This document shows, piece after piece, positions 1 to 16,100 of a stretch of 64,000 bases of DNA. The position numbers and the translations under genes are program-made. Under the pieces are notes generated by a model, which had not been told where the DNA came from, did no database searches, and saw only the letters and a list, made by a program, of their open reading frames with translations. The DNA is from Nymphaea colorata (taxonomy: Eukaryota). The number at the start of each line of letters is the position of its first letter. Positions within the stretch are counted from its first letter, which is position 1. Location of the stretch: the NCBI RefSeq assembly GCF_008831285.2, contig NC_045138.2:11842001-11906000 (forward strand), read 5' to 3'.

Positions 1-444
1 AGAATAATAAAAAACTTATGAGATAATATGTTTCCTAGCATGTTTCTTGCAGAAATATAAAGAGACAAGTAGAAAAAGTCTTCTCACTGTCATTTAATTT
101 CCTGCAGCATTTCAACATATTGTGATATTTTGCAATACCATCCACAGGCTTCAGGATTACAATAGTGCCATGGTACTAACAAAATACCAGAGTTATATAA
201 TAAGTATCATGTGAACTTTGGAAATCAGCAAATTAAAAAAGGAATACCAAGTTCCACCTGAAACAGGACTAACCTTACATTCTAAAAAAGATTTAGATCA
301 CGTTGATAAGGGGAGAATAAGATATAAAAAATGATAGCTAATAAAACTCAGGAAATGTAGCACTACTAGTCCAAATTAACAGCCACTTTAAGCTGAAAAA
401 ATCAATATAGAAATCAAAACATTGACATCTGTTCTAGATAGCTA

Positions 445-2634
<2,190 letters not shown>

Positions 2635-3668
2635 AGATTGACTACCCAAAAAAATGCAATTACAATTGGAGAAAAAAACCACCAAATCTTCCCCGCCTTT
2701 GGGTGACAAAAACCAAAGCAGCTTGAAGGGAAGATCAACAGAAACAAAAACCCAATTTTCCTTTTCCTTTGCCGCGATAAAAAAACAGAACTATACAAAA
2801 TTGGATATATGGTTTCAAAGAAAGGTGGGTAAGGAGAAATGGGTGCAACTGTGCAAGGAAGCAAGAAATTTTACGGGAAGAGAAACTGGGTTCTTGCCAG
2901 AAACAAACTATTAGAGGAAGAAAGAAACGAGAGAAATATAGAGAGAATGAAGGACCAAAATTTTTCTGGTGGACTTTGTCAAGAGGAGAGAGAGGGATTA
3001 AAAGAGGGCAGGAAAGGGAGACTGACAGGAGAAGAAGAAAAGGAAGATCAGGAGGAGGAAAAAATTAAAAGGTGTTGGTGTGAAAGGAGGAGGAAGGTCG
3101 ATGGGCCATGGCGGAGAGAGGGTCAAATCTGTCTCCCTCTCTCTCTCTTTCCCTCTTCCCTTTCCCCAAAACGAAAAATCACCATCAAAATTGAGCTGCA
3201 GTCAAGGTTGGTTGAGTTCCACGAATGCCAAGTCCAAGAATATCTCTATTATACCATTGTTGACCGAGCCACGGAATCCCTTTAGACCCCACCTACTCCT
3301 AACATTTGATTTCTCCATCTTCATCCTTCAGTTTCTGCCGCGTCGTAGCAGCAATCTAGAAACTCCAACCGGAGGATTTCTTCCCCAGCTTTTGCGGAAC
3401 GTGTCCATGTGAAGTACGTTGTAGTAACACTAATTTGAAAAATAATAGTTATCTAAATCGGCCTTTTAGATGGCCGTCCAAAACCATATTCCATGGAGGC
3501 TTTTGCATCCAAAATGTTATTTCCCATACCTCTGATAGCATCAGATCTTAGTTTATTTTTGAAAGATGTGCAATAAAAGATCCTCAATTTAAGGAGTATC
3601 TCGGTAATCTTAAAATTTAAATTTAAAAAAACCATGGTTTTACAGTCGGATTGAGAGATGAATAGGAG

Positions 3669-3905
3669 ATTTGCAACTAAACAAACACAACCATAAGTAA
3701 CATCACAGCTAGGATTTGAACCTAATTTTGACAAAACCTGCTTTTTGAAAAAAAAAAAAAACAACCTTCCTCCAAATTTATGACAGGATGGATAAGAGAT
3801 CTGCAACTAAACAAACACAACCATAAATAACATCAAAGCTAGGTTTTGAATCCAATTTTGACAACCTGGTTTTTGAAAAAAAAAAACAGCCTTCCAACAA
3901 ATTTA
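3669..3905. repeat. Diverged ~130-bp tandem duplication upstream of the CDPK
   Basis: GATYTGCAACTAAACAAACACAACCATAA...TTTTTGAAAAAAAAAAAA.CA.CCTTCC occurs at ~3669 and again at ~3798. Confidence 0.8.
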
Positions 3906-4074
3906 TTACATAAAAACTGATTTTTTGTTTCCTCCCTAAGTCTTTGTCCTATCCAAATTTCCAAACTAATTTTTAAAAACCCAATTTTTGACTCAGTTTT
4001 TCAAAAATTTGGATTTCACAAGACCAAGTTTGCAAAATTGTGCTCAATTTCAAATGTGGCAATTTATCCTAGAC

Positions 4075-4420
4075 TCGAATAAAGCTAGTGAGCCGTATAA
4101 TAAGTCCGGAGAATGTCGTTCAAACACTTCCTTAACCGCCAACAAATAATAGGCACCTTAACGGAACCACGAACAAATAATAGGTACCCTGGCCTCAAGC
4201 AAAGTTAGTGAGCGTGTAATAAGTGATGAAAATGTCATCCAAATACTCTCTTTAGTACGAGCCGCAAACAAATAATAGGTACCCAAGTTCGCAATAAGAA
4301 TGTCATCCAAACACTCCCTTAATAAAATGGCTGACAAATAATAGGTATCCTAAGTCCTAACCTCCATTAAAGATAGGAGGTCATGTAATAGGCAATGCGA
4401 ATGTCATTCAAACACTTCAT
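4075..4420. repeat. Degenerate short repeat array
   Basis: ACAAATAATAGGYAYC occurs four times (~4142, 4173, 4268, 4335), interleaved with four AATGTCRTYCAAAYACT-like motifs. Confidence 0.7.
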
Positions 4421-5144
4421 TATAGGTAACGTGATGAAGAGGTTCTCGTCCACACGCTCCCTTAACTTTTTTGCTGCCTTTGCTCCCTGTTGGTCTCGCT
4501 TAACAACTAAAATGGTTTAATGGGAAGAGAAAATGAGCCCATTTTTGCTGACTTTTTCAAACTATTGCTTTCTTTTTCTATTTGGGTCGGCGAATCATTT
4601 TTGTCAGAGTTGGATTTTGTTTTTCATCAAAGGTTTTACGACGCATACGAAAAATAAACACTCTAAAACACTTGCAAGTTGAAAACCAATGGAGGTCGTT
4701 TTCAAAAGAAAACATGGGAACCGCGTCTGCCAAAAAAAAAAAAAAAGCGTGGCTAATCTGTAAATAGTGCCCAAAATTAAGGCTCATTTTGCTGCATGTC
4801 TCTCTTCTAGATCCTCTATCATGTGCTTTTCAAAGTTCCAACGGTTGTGTTCACACTCGCTCACGCCTTCTTCACTCTTTCTTTTCCAACGGGATTCAGT
4901 GCAAAACGGGAAAACAGAAATCCCTAAAAGAAGATCTTACTGAAGTCATGATATTGAATATATATATATATATTGGAATCACAAACTATTATCTTAACTT
5001 ACAAGGAAAGGAAGCAAGTTTGACCCAATTGAAACTTGGCAGTCTACCATAACATGCTACCAATTCAAGATTTTTTGCGTTCCTTCATCTTCAGAATTTC
5101 TAAAACTCGTTATTACTGCTACCAAAGGAGGCCCTATATTGAAT

Positions 5145-5275
5145 GGGGTTGTTTGGCAAGAATAACGATATGTTATTGTTCTATATGGATACCATAACAT
5201 AGTTGTGTTTCCTCTCCAGTATTTGTGGTAGATACATATAACAGTTCTAGAGTGTCCTTATTGCTAAACAACCTC
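5145..5275. mobile_element. Tourist/PIF-Harbinger-like MITE
   Basis: 15-bp imperfect TIRs GGGGTTGTTTGGCAA / TTGCTAAACAACCTC around a ~100-bp AT-rich core; TSD not clean. Confidence 0.55.
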
Positions 5276-6716
5276 AAGAGGTTGGGTGGGCGCTTCGGCT
5301 CTCTATGAGTTATGAACAAAAAGTAGAAAGTGTCTAATTCGGGATATTGATACTAAAAACCATAACTGCATGGGTCTAACCAAGCAGTAACTAGAAGCTG
5401 GACCCTGCCTGGAAGCATTCAACCCAACTGCCAGCCTTTATTGTCATCCATCTTTGATTGTCATTGTCGAAAGAGAAAAACAGGTTAACTTTTGCTACGT
5501 CTGGGTGTTTGGATACCCTAATTAGATCCAACAAATTAACTGATTGGACATGGCAGGGAAACATTGCAAACTTTGGATCAAGCTGGCTTACACTGATATC
5601 CGCGTTGAGTTGCACTTGCACATCAGCTAGGCCAGATCTCGGTTTGTTGAAGCAAGAAAAAGAAAATATATATGCATAGACTCTCTGAACTCCATTTATT
5701 ATTTATTTAAATAGACTAATTAGCGAAGCTCCAGCTTGGGATCCACTCCTGATTTGGCTCTAGCATCTGGTTATGATATCCGGTTCTTCACATGGATGCA
5801 AATGACTCAGTTTAAACCTAGCTTTAGGTAAAAATGAATCTGCTTGGTCAGATCTAGACCCTTTTTAAAGGTTTTGCCTCTTTATCTCATATGTGAAGGA
5901 TGTAAAATGAATCGGAGTCATTCAAGCATCATACAAAACTGAATCCACTGATCATACATGAATAGAATAAAAAAAATTTGCCTCTAAATGTTTATATTTA
6001 TAAATGAAGAGAAATGAAAGATTTTTGGGTGAGCAGGAGAATTCCATCGAAAGCCTCCTTTCACAACCCCTCCCCCCCATTTCAAGGTCCAGGCTGTGTC
6101 GATGCCTCAGGGATGTGTTCGTGCTGCACGTCAACTAGTGTGTTGTCACATCCTCATTTAAAACACGAGGGATGATCAATAAATGAGAATTCTAAAAAAC
6201 ACAAAGAGTCTTGTGTTCTTCTTCTTCCCTTCAAAGGTGATTCTTCTAAGTCACTGCCACAACAAAGCAATGGAACCCATTGGCAACTTTTACAAAGAAA
6301 ACCAACTAATTCTAGCAGCTTTCAAGTCAAATTGAAGGAGATTTTCTTTCTTGTTTCTCCACATGGAAGCTCTCTCTAGAAACTAATGCAATTTCAAGTC
6401 AAGTCAAGAAATAGATTGAATGCACATGTGATTCCCAATGCCATTACACCTACACACGTAGAGCAGGTTTCAAACTCATTAGTTGGGTGGGTCCAATCTT
6501 AAAGAATCCATTACTAAATCATGTTTTTTAACTAATCTTGTGATTGTGCCAAACATATTACATAGACTCATTTCTAGTACCGCCATATCCTCCAAAGCAT
6601 TGGCCATATGAATCCACTAGATATTCAATGCCTGGCCAGTAGCCATCCTGAAACCTGCTGCTAGTGTTGAACAACGGGGCCAACTCGAGCTAGTAGGTTC
6701 AAGTTCGAGCTGGTTC

Positions 6717-9700
6717 TAAAAGACTAGAAATCAGAGGGAGAAACAAATGAGTAAATATATTTAAAGTGGTTCAGCATACACGGCTACATCCATGATTTAA
6801 ACTCTCTTCACAATTTCTGCAAGCAGCAAGAGAGAGAGTGTGTGTGAAAACTTTTATTTATGGTGGTTGCTTACAAAGCACAGCATGATCCTTAGTTTTA
6901 GGATCACTTTTACAAGTTACAAAAACATGATATTCAACAAATTGAACTTCTCTTTCCTTTGTTGTTGTGACACGTTCTTGAACAAAGTGGTAGTCAATCT
7001 CAATGTGTTTAGTACAAACATTAAAAACATGGTTCAAAGCTAAGCATGTACCACCCAAATTGTCACATTTGATTATGGGTGGTCTCCCTTGAGGTGTCTT
7101 TCCTTCTTCAATAGGAGACGTTAGCCATAAAATCTAAAACATAGCTCTTGCCATAGCCTTGCCTTCAGCTTTTGTGCTTGATCGAGCTACTGTATGTTGT
7201 TTGTTTGATCCTCACGCAGTTGACACAAGCATGACAACATAACCATTAGATCAAGGTAACCTGCCCAGTCTACACTTGCATATGTTGTAAGATCATTGGT
7301 GATCACTGATAAACCACAATTCATTGTCCTTTTGAGATAACAAAAAATTATCTTAACATGTTCCTAGTGTATGTCTGTTGGTTCATGCATGAACTGGCAC
7401 ACATTATTAACAGAAAATACAATGTCAAGTTTTGTGAGTGTGATGCATTAAAGTGCATCGACCAAGCTCATGTATAGAGAAGCATTTGGCAATAGTTCCT
7501 CCTCATGCTTTGATAAAGAAACGTTGGGTGCAACTAGCATGACAACAAATTTGGCATTTTCTATGTGAGATCTTAGAAGATCACAAATATATTTACATTA
7601 AGATAAAATAATCTTAGAGTGAACATGAGTAATCTCTATCCCAAGGAATAAATAAAGGTTACCCAAGTCCTTTGTAGAAAACTCTTTACTGAATTGAGAT
7701 ATCAATTGGTGGACTTGTTTCTTAGAATTACCTGCATTAAAAATATCATCCACATAAATGAGAATGTAAATAGTGGAATGTGACATGACTCACGGCTGGC
7801 AAGAAACCCATAAAAATGTAAGCAATCATGGAGGCATTCAAACCAAGCATGGGAAATTGATTAAGCTCATATAGAGACTTGTGGAGGCGATAGACATGAT
7901 GTGGGTAACTAAATCTTCAAATCTTGGAAGCTGGCACATGTAAACTTCTTCTTTTAGAAATCCATGTAATAAAGCATTATTTATATCTAATTAATGAATT
8001 TTCCATTGATTGCTGATGGCAACAAATAATACCAATATGATGGTAGTAGGTTTAATAACTGAGCTATAGGTGTCCAAGAAGTCCACACCTTCACATTGAT
8101 TGTAGCCCTTCACAACAAGGTGCAACTTGTGCTTGACAATGCTACCATTAGCATGTTTCTTAATATTGCAAATCCAATGGAACCCTTCTATGTTATAACA
8201 TGGTTGAGAGGGAAATAAGTCCCAAGTCTCATTCTGCTATAAGGCATTCATCTCTATAACCATAGCATTCATCCAAGAAAGGTCATCATGAGCATCTTGA
8301 AAACAAGGTGGTTCATAATCAGAATATGGGCTAGAGGTGGTGTGACATGTACAGTGCTTAGCTTGATGGGTACTATCAAATGACACATTAATTATGGGAT
8401 GAATGTATGTAGGTTCTAAAGGTTCAACAACATAGGTGGAGGACAATGGTGGGGAAAAATTGTCTTAATAGGAGTAGATAATATAGTCATGTTAGGTGGA
8501 GGCTCAATTCAATGCTCCACATGTGGAGGTTGAGTGGCATTTAATGCTAAGAGAGATGACAATTCAAGTAGGATTGATGGTGGTTCCTACGTTGATGGGC
8601 TTAGATTATGGCCATGGCAATGGGAATCAGTAAATGATAAAATTGACCAGCAAGCTACTTTATCACATTGTCCTCTAGTAAGGCAGCTCTATACCCTTTG
8701 TAAAATTTGTCTTCATTGACAATCACATGTATGTAAAAGCATCACACCACTTGCATGGATTATTATGCTTAGACCCATTTCAACCACATGTCAATGTCTG
8801 CGTTCAACCATCCCATTTGTTGGGATGTTGGGGGGGGGATTGAACCAACATTTGATACCACAAGAGTTAGGAAAATTTGAAAATTCCTTGCTTAGAAATT
8901 TTCCACCCGAATCACTACGAAAGATTTTAATCTTATTGGACAATTGTTGCTCAATAATATTTTTGAAAATCTTAAAACATGAAAACACTTCAAATTTCCA
9001 TATCAATGGGAACAGCCACATAAATCGAGAATAATCATCAATAATGATCAAGTCGTAAAAGTGATGCAATAGAGGCTGGTTCCGACACATCAACATGAAG
9101 AACTTCAAGAGGTGCAGAGGCACGAAAATCAGATGTAATAAATGGTAAATTATGCATCTTGGCCAAAGCATTTGAAGAACAAAATAAACTTTGTTTATCA
9201 CTAGTCATAGAGATATTTATGCAACATTAACTTGGAAAAGTCTAAAAATTAGTATGTCCCAAACAAAAGTGCAAAGCACTAAGAGAGTAAACTGCTTTCA
9301 TGAAAACTAATAAAGCTTCTTTGTTGCTACCAAGTCCACCAACGCCACACATAGAGCTTACCAACATTCTCACCTTCATGAAGTATCTGCCATTTTGCAC
9401 ATTCTTTCCAACAAAACCATTAAACCTGAATTTCGCAACACAATGATTTTCTTTGGGTAGCCTTTGCAATAGAAAGCGATTTATTCTGAATATTTGATGC
9501 AAGAAATCTTTAAGAACAAACTTTGAGGACCCAAATGAGATAGACATATTAACAATGTGATGAATAGGTACTTGGCCACCACTGCCAACGATAAGAAAAT
9601 ATGAGTTGCAAGAAGCTTTACCGTGCATATTTTTGTCTGAGTACCAATCAGAATTTAAGTCAGACTTATCACCTTCGGAATTGAGTTGAACAAAAGAAGA

Positions 9701-10850
9701 ATAATTAGCATTGAATGTCATGGCTGTATACAGTTTTGGTGTATCATAACATTGATAGGCAGTATGGTTCTTATGCCTACAAAGTTGACAAATTACACCA
9801 GCAACACTTCGATTTGAATGAGCCACTTGTCACTAATTTGGGCGATAGGTCTGTTGGCCGTTGGGGCCTCCATAGCCTCTGACTCAGTTGCAGCTTCCAC
9901 TACCTTAGCCGCGACTAGCCAAAAAAGCTGATGGGGCAAATTTAATTTGAGCACTAGTAGTAGGTGTGAGCATCTGAAGCCATTTTTCTTGAGAAACTAA
10001 CATATCATATAAATATGAAAATGTTGGCAACTTCTTGGATGTTGCAACAGATGTAATAAATCTGTTGCAATCACTAGTAAGATCATTTAACACATGCAAC
10101 ATAACATCTTCATCAGAAACTTCATGAGCAAGGACATTTAAAGAATCACCAAGAAATTGCATAATTTAAGTAATATGTCATGCTTTTATCATTCATATTT
10201 TGCAGCTTGCGCTTCAAATGAATGATCCACATATGGGATTGAGAGACATGAGGATGTTCAAGAGTGGTCCCTGCCTCTGTAGCTGTAGAAAGTTTGTTCA
10301 GTTGAACCACAATAGGCTTAGTAATTGTAGCTTTAATCCAGCTTAGAGCAAGCTGGTCAGCACGTTTCCATCAATGATATTCAGGATCAACTTGAGATTC
10401 TTCTTTGTCAAAATATTGCTAAGGGGTTGTGCACGATCCGTCAACGTACCTCATAAGCTATTGATTGATCATCATGCTCTCTATTTGGGAACACCACAAC
10501 AAGTAATTGCTACAGTCCAGCTTCATTGACACAAGGCTAAAAAATGCATCCCACTGAATGACTAGGGCTGATGACAAATTGGTGGAAGTAGGCCATTGAG
10601 AAGACGATAATCCATTGGTAGCCATGAGGACAACAAAACAAAGAACTGATCACAATACAGATAAAATATGGGTTGTGGCCCTGATACCATGAATGACTAG
10701 ATATCAAGAGGGAGAAAAAAAGGAGTATAAAATATTTTTAACCTGGTTCAACATACATGCCTACATTCATGACTTAAGCTCTCTCTACACTTTCTGCAAG
10801 CATGAAGCAAGAGAGAGTGAAATTTTTTGTTTATCATGTTTGCTTACAAT
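6717..10850 (-). mobile_element. Old, degraded Ty1/Copia LTR retrotransposon
   Basis: Minus-strand fragments in Copia order: gag (KLDCSNYLLW ~10500; CQLCRHKNHTAYQC knuckle ~9770), integrase (IIIDDYSRFMWLFP, RSDSGGKF, NGMVERRH 8791-9050), RT (YVDDI ~7750) and RNase H (TKHIEIDYHFVQE ~7000), with many stops and frameshifts. PBS TGGTATCAGGGC at 10689-10678. Diverged LTR-like copies at ~10690-10850 and ~6717-6880. Outer ends and TSD not resolved. Confidence 0.9.
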
Positions 10851-12772
10851 AAGATTCCATTCCAGGTATCTAAGGTTTTTACTTCCAGCATCAATTAAAA
10901 ATATTGATTTTAGACGTCTTTTTGATTAGTTTGCAATCACTAAGGGAAAGAAAGAGATTCTATGCCATATGCAGATATCATGTACCCCTATAAGGTACCA
11001 AGTGAAATAAAAAGAACAATCTTAGATGGGATATAATGAAATTCCTCTATCAATCAATCTCCATGTCCCTCATTCTTTGAAAATCATAAAGGACCCTTTC
11101 GAGTTTGAATTTGTTCATGTAGAATATGGTTTATTTTCTTTCCTTTTGTTACTCTGGAGTGAATGATTTTATCATTGAATATTTTATTTGTCTTTCAAAT
11201 TGGAATTGATTTAGAACACAAGAGTTATGAAAGTCCGGTGTTTATCACTGGTGGTATACAATCAGCTTGCACATGAACGAAGATCTTTATTGATTTTTTT
11301 TTCAATCAAATTTATTCCTCCAAAATATTCCATTTAATTTTTTATGAACCCATTCTTTCTTACCATAACATTAGTGGAAATCTCATTGAGGACAATGCTA
11401 GACATGTTCTTCAAGATTGTCATGTTGTTTATAAACATTAAGATACCAAGTTAGGATGAACATGAATATCCCCTAGGGATAGGAGACATAGGGCTGAAGA
11501 GAGAGCCAAAACAGGATCCGAGTGAATCGCTAGGAACATGTGAAGTAATAACATTCGACCAATATTTTTAACTATTACCAATGAAGGTAATACATTGTAT
11601 TTTTGAAGAATCAAGTGGGTTACTAATATGGAACTCCTTATTGCTTGAGCAAAGGGAAAATGAACAAACAATAGCTGGAGCAATCAAAATTCATGTTTCA
11701 ATTTATTCAAGTGAACTCCTATTGATTCTAACAACTGTTTTTCCTTGGAGACGGAAAATACGTCCACCCGGTTTCATTAATTTGCAAATTCTTCCTCAGC
11801 TAGTTAAAAGAGGTAGAAGTTTGGTAGCTCGCAAGGTCATAACCTTGAGGTCACTTTAGTTTTAGGATCAGTTTTAAAAGGTACAAAAACCATACTCTAG
11901 TCGGTGCTCGCTTTTCATCATGGGAAGTTTGTGCCATTTTTAACGTGCTGATATTACAAACGTTTGCTAAATGTGCATTTAGAAACAAAATTTGCTCAAT
12001 GCAGGGAAGGGCCATCTATGCCCGAAATATAATTATACATGTCACTTACCTGCTAAATGAGAATTGAGTATGCCTGGAACATGCTCTTGTTACTATACTT
12101 TTGTAACAGAACCAGGTCAGCAAGCCGTATTATACATGTCACAATTTTGGTCATGGTACTTGCGCTTTGTTTCATTTTTTTTGTTTTGGCTTCTTCATAG
12201 GCGCATTTAGCTTCGCCTCATCACATTTAACAACATTGACCATATTCATGCTTTTGTGTTGAAATTGTGTTTAAAATCATATTTTGGTCACGTGGGTATC
12301 CAATAATTCATGGTTTAAGATCAAGAGAAACCAAATTCAAATTACACAAAAGTGATTTATTCTATTCAGGCTTAAAGCAAAATTTCTTAAGAAAACTTTC
12401 TAACGGACATGGTTTAAATGGGGAAAATGTGTTTCAAGAGGCAGGAGGCGCAGTGTAGCTGCTTAAGCTATGAGTTCTTATGAATCCTTTCACCATAAAT
12501 GGTAAGGTGTGACATTGCAAATGATGGATGTGGGATACTCGAGTTTAAAAAACTACGAGCTCATCCCAAAAAGTGGACATGATTAATGCCGACAGCCCAA
12601 AACTCCCGTGGATTTTAGGAGGCGGAACATTGGGGCTCTTTTACCGGCAGTCGGTTGTGACCCAACCTTTAAAGTGGAAACGCCAAATTTTGGGTCAAAC
12701 AGCAAACTTAGTTAAACTGAAGAACCTTATTTTATGTACAAAATTCGAGAAAATCGCATCAGATTAGCGTAC

Positions 12773-13091
12773 CCAACCGACCAATTTGTTGGAACTCCAG
12801 CCGGGTTTTCGAAGGCAGAGCGATAGAGTTGCGGACGCAGAAGGTTCTCCTCTGCTGTGCTAAACTTGGCTGTCACAGGCGCAGCTGAATCGCAAAAGCA
12901 TTGACTGAGAATTGAGTTTCCTAGGTTAGTATCGCCAACCGACCAATTTGTTTGAACTCCATCCGGGTTTTCGACGGCAGAGCGATAGAGTTGCGGAGGC
13001 AGAAGGTTCTCTTCTGCTGTGCTAAACTTGGCTGTCACAGACGCAGCTGAATCGCAAAAACATTGACTGAGAATTGAGTTCCTAGGTTAGT
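12773..13091. repeat. 162-bp tandem duplication immediately upstream of the NTAN1 start codon
   Basis: Copies start at 12773 and 12935 (CCAACCGACCAATTTGTT.GAACTCCA...CCTAGGTTAGT) and differ by a handful of substitutions and a 1-nt indel. Confidence 0.95.
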
Positions 13092-13100
13092 CGGTCGATC

Positions 13101-16100
13101 ATGATATACGTCGGAGGAGTTCCCTTTTCGTCGTCGCCTTCATCGGCATCCCCTCGTCAGGTATCGGATTTTCTCTCTGCACTTTTACTGAAGGTCTTCT
13201 GCTTCAAAGTGCATCTTTTGTTTTCTTTATTTATTCATGGGTACCCAAGTATAGTTTTTATTTACAAAAGAATTGGCAGAACTGATGAATGAAGATCTGT
13301 TCGATTTCGCTCACAAAGGCGTTAGTTATGCTATCTTAATTTTCTTGAATTTCTGTTTGTTATTCTTTTATTCTTTTAGTTCATGATTCTCGCTTCTGTA
13401 ACCCAATACCTTTTGTTTGCTGGTACTCTTTGACAGTTCAATTCCTATTTATCAATTCAATATAAAAATAAAAATTATTTTATTCTTAAGCAATTTATCC
13501 ATGACAAGTACAAGAGAATGAAAAGCTTCTTCATTTCCCAAAACAACTAAATCTGATACGATCGGCTACTGGCGTCAGCCAATAATTATGGCACAGACAT
13601 TCTTACGTCTGTTGGTATTCCTCTTACTGATCACTACAATTAATTAATAAATACAGGCATGTTTTTTTTTTTTTTTGGTGCGTGTTTCATGAAACGACAA
13701 ACCAAATTCTGGCGTTAAAGCTGTTTGTTGTCATTATGCATGGTTGGTTCATCAGCCACTCATGATATCAGTTGTTAACAGCAATTCTATTTCTTATACA
13801 TAATAGATGTGGCATCTATTGCTTGGCAGGAATATGAAATCTTGGTTGCACTATTAGAGCACCCCATGATGCTTTCTGCATCAAATTCATTTAAAGAACT
13901 ACCAGAATTGAAAATCTCAGATGCACAAGGAAATAGCTGTTGCAAGCTGAAGCATGTCTATGTCTTCCAGAGAGAATACGCAACGGTTTATCCTGAACAT
14001 GTTGATGTACGTTTGTTTCTTCTAAATCCCTGTTATTACTTTTTTAAAGGTGTATTCCGAATGACGTGACAATTCTAATTTCATAATGTTATATTTTTCT
14101 CCTGGTTCTAATTTACAACCTAGACATGTTTCCAAGTTTTAATCAGAAGTGCATCACCATACTTGCAAAATTTAGTTTGGTGTGCATAGCGTGTGCATGC
14201 ATGTTTGTATGAAAATAATGAAATAGTAAGGAATACTGGAAATTATTCTTTGCTGCATTTTTTGAATTCTCAAACACCAAGACTGTTATATGTGTAGATC
14301 TGGCTTTTGACTGCAGTAATCATATCAGTCCCACTCCCATGTTATCTTGGGAATTTGCCAACATGAGTCGAATGTCATGTTGGCATGATAAGGCACAGGA
14401 CACAGAATGGCACTTCTCTCTGAAGGGGCTCTTGCAATGTGTTAGGTGGCCCCCCGTCCCACTGCCTAAGAGATCAGTGGAAGGGATAGGGTAGCTGACT
14501 CTGCTTGTCCAATCCATGCAAATGAGAATGTGTAAAGCTAACTTGACTACCGTGTCTTGTTTGTTATGTCTGATGTTTGAGTGTTTTTATAGTCTTCTTT
14601 GAACTTTAAATATTCAGGATGTTGAAGATGTGACTGTCTTATCTCCTAAGATTCTCCCTTTTTGCCATCTCTATCCTTTCTTTCTTTATTTTGTTTTTCT
14701 CCCCCACCTGTTTTGCATGAAAGTTTACATAACTATTCACCTGGAACACTTCCATACTTTTGTAACTTAAAATTTGAAACACTATCTGCACTCATAATCA
14801 AGCTTCTTGCCACTAAAATGTAAAAAACTTCTGGAACTTCTTATACACTGTTGACGTTTATTTTCTTTCTGGTTATGCTAGTACCGAAGGATTTACGAAC
14901 ACAGACTATGCCTTGATCAATTTGTTCTCATCATCCTTGGATGATCACTCGTTAATTTTTTTTTTGTTTCACGTGGGATACCTTACCACTTATGTTATAA
15001 GAGTTAATCTGAGTGCACTTTTTACTTTGATTGCCTTAAAATTTTGAAACCATTCTTTTGTCCTTACCGTTTTCTGAGAACACTTGTCAACTTTTTGTGA
15101 AGTTTACCTTATATTGGAATGCTCTTATGGCATATTTTGTGTTGTTTCAGACCATATTAATATTGTCAATTATAATTCAGTTAAAGCTATTTTTCTTGTA
15201 ACATGCACAAGGTCACTTTCATGTGGTATGGGAGTGAACATGTTATATTTGGTCTATTGGATTCGGGTTTGTTCCTGATTCTGGCTTTTGCTACACTGAC
15301 ATCTAATAGTTCCATCTCATTCAAAGTAGTTTATAGGAACAGATGAGGCAACTACCTGTGTGGGACTAGTGATTCGCAACCAGAAGGATGGGATGTAAGT
15401 TTTACAAATTCACATGTTGATATTCAAGCAGTCATAGTTTCTAGCATATGGTATTCACTTATTTGTTCCTTGATACAGCACCTCTGTTGCTCATCTGGAC
15501 TCTCCAAGTGTTGTTTCTTTGGGCCTTAACAGCATGTTATCATCACTTAATACTAGCATAGATACAGAGCTAGATGTGGGTTCTTCCTCTTTCTTCCATA
15601 GTATGATTTCCATCTATTTTGTTTTCACCTTTTAACAACTGTACAAATCTATAAATCTGCAGGTGCATCTAATAGGTGGCTATGAGGATTCACCTTCTCA
15701 AGTTTGTATTCCTTAGCTTTTCTGTTTTTTTTAAAGGTTCAGCTCTATTTAAGATATAGAGGTGTACCTTATGCACATTTTTTTTTCTCAGGATATGGGT
15801 CATAGTGGTGGTAAGTCAGAAGATCGCAGAAAAAAGGTTGGGCATTCTTGGGATTTGTGCGGTGAAATAATCAAAGCTTTACAAAATGATGCTACACCTT
15901 TTCACATTAAAACGCTCTGTATCCTGTCCCATAATACTTGGAGAGACAACTGTGGAACCTCACGCCCCATAGCCAATGGTTTTCTGGTTAGTCAACACAA
16001 TGACCTTGAAGTTTCTTTCTTCATCTAAGTTCCTTCTGTGATAAGAAAAGTTTATTGTTATTCTACTAATTTCAGTTGTAGTTTGCGGGAAAGAAAATTG

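Noticed and set aside
2839..3412. 148-aa and 110-aa plus-strand ORFs
   Set aside because: Arise from the GA/CT-rich 5' leader and promoter of the CDPK; low complexity.
4075..4420. Repeat-spacer-like pattern suggestive of a CRISPR array
   Set aside because: Repeats are degenerate, spacing is irregular, the intervening sequences are related to each other, there are no cas genes, and the context is eukaryotic.
12727..13038. 103-aa minus-strand ORF with an internal repeat
   Set aside because: A by-product of the 162-bp (multiple of 3) tandem duplication; non-ATG start.
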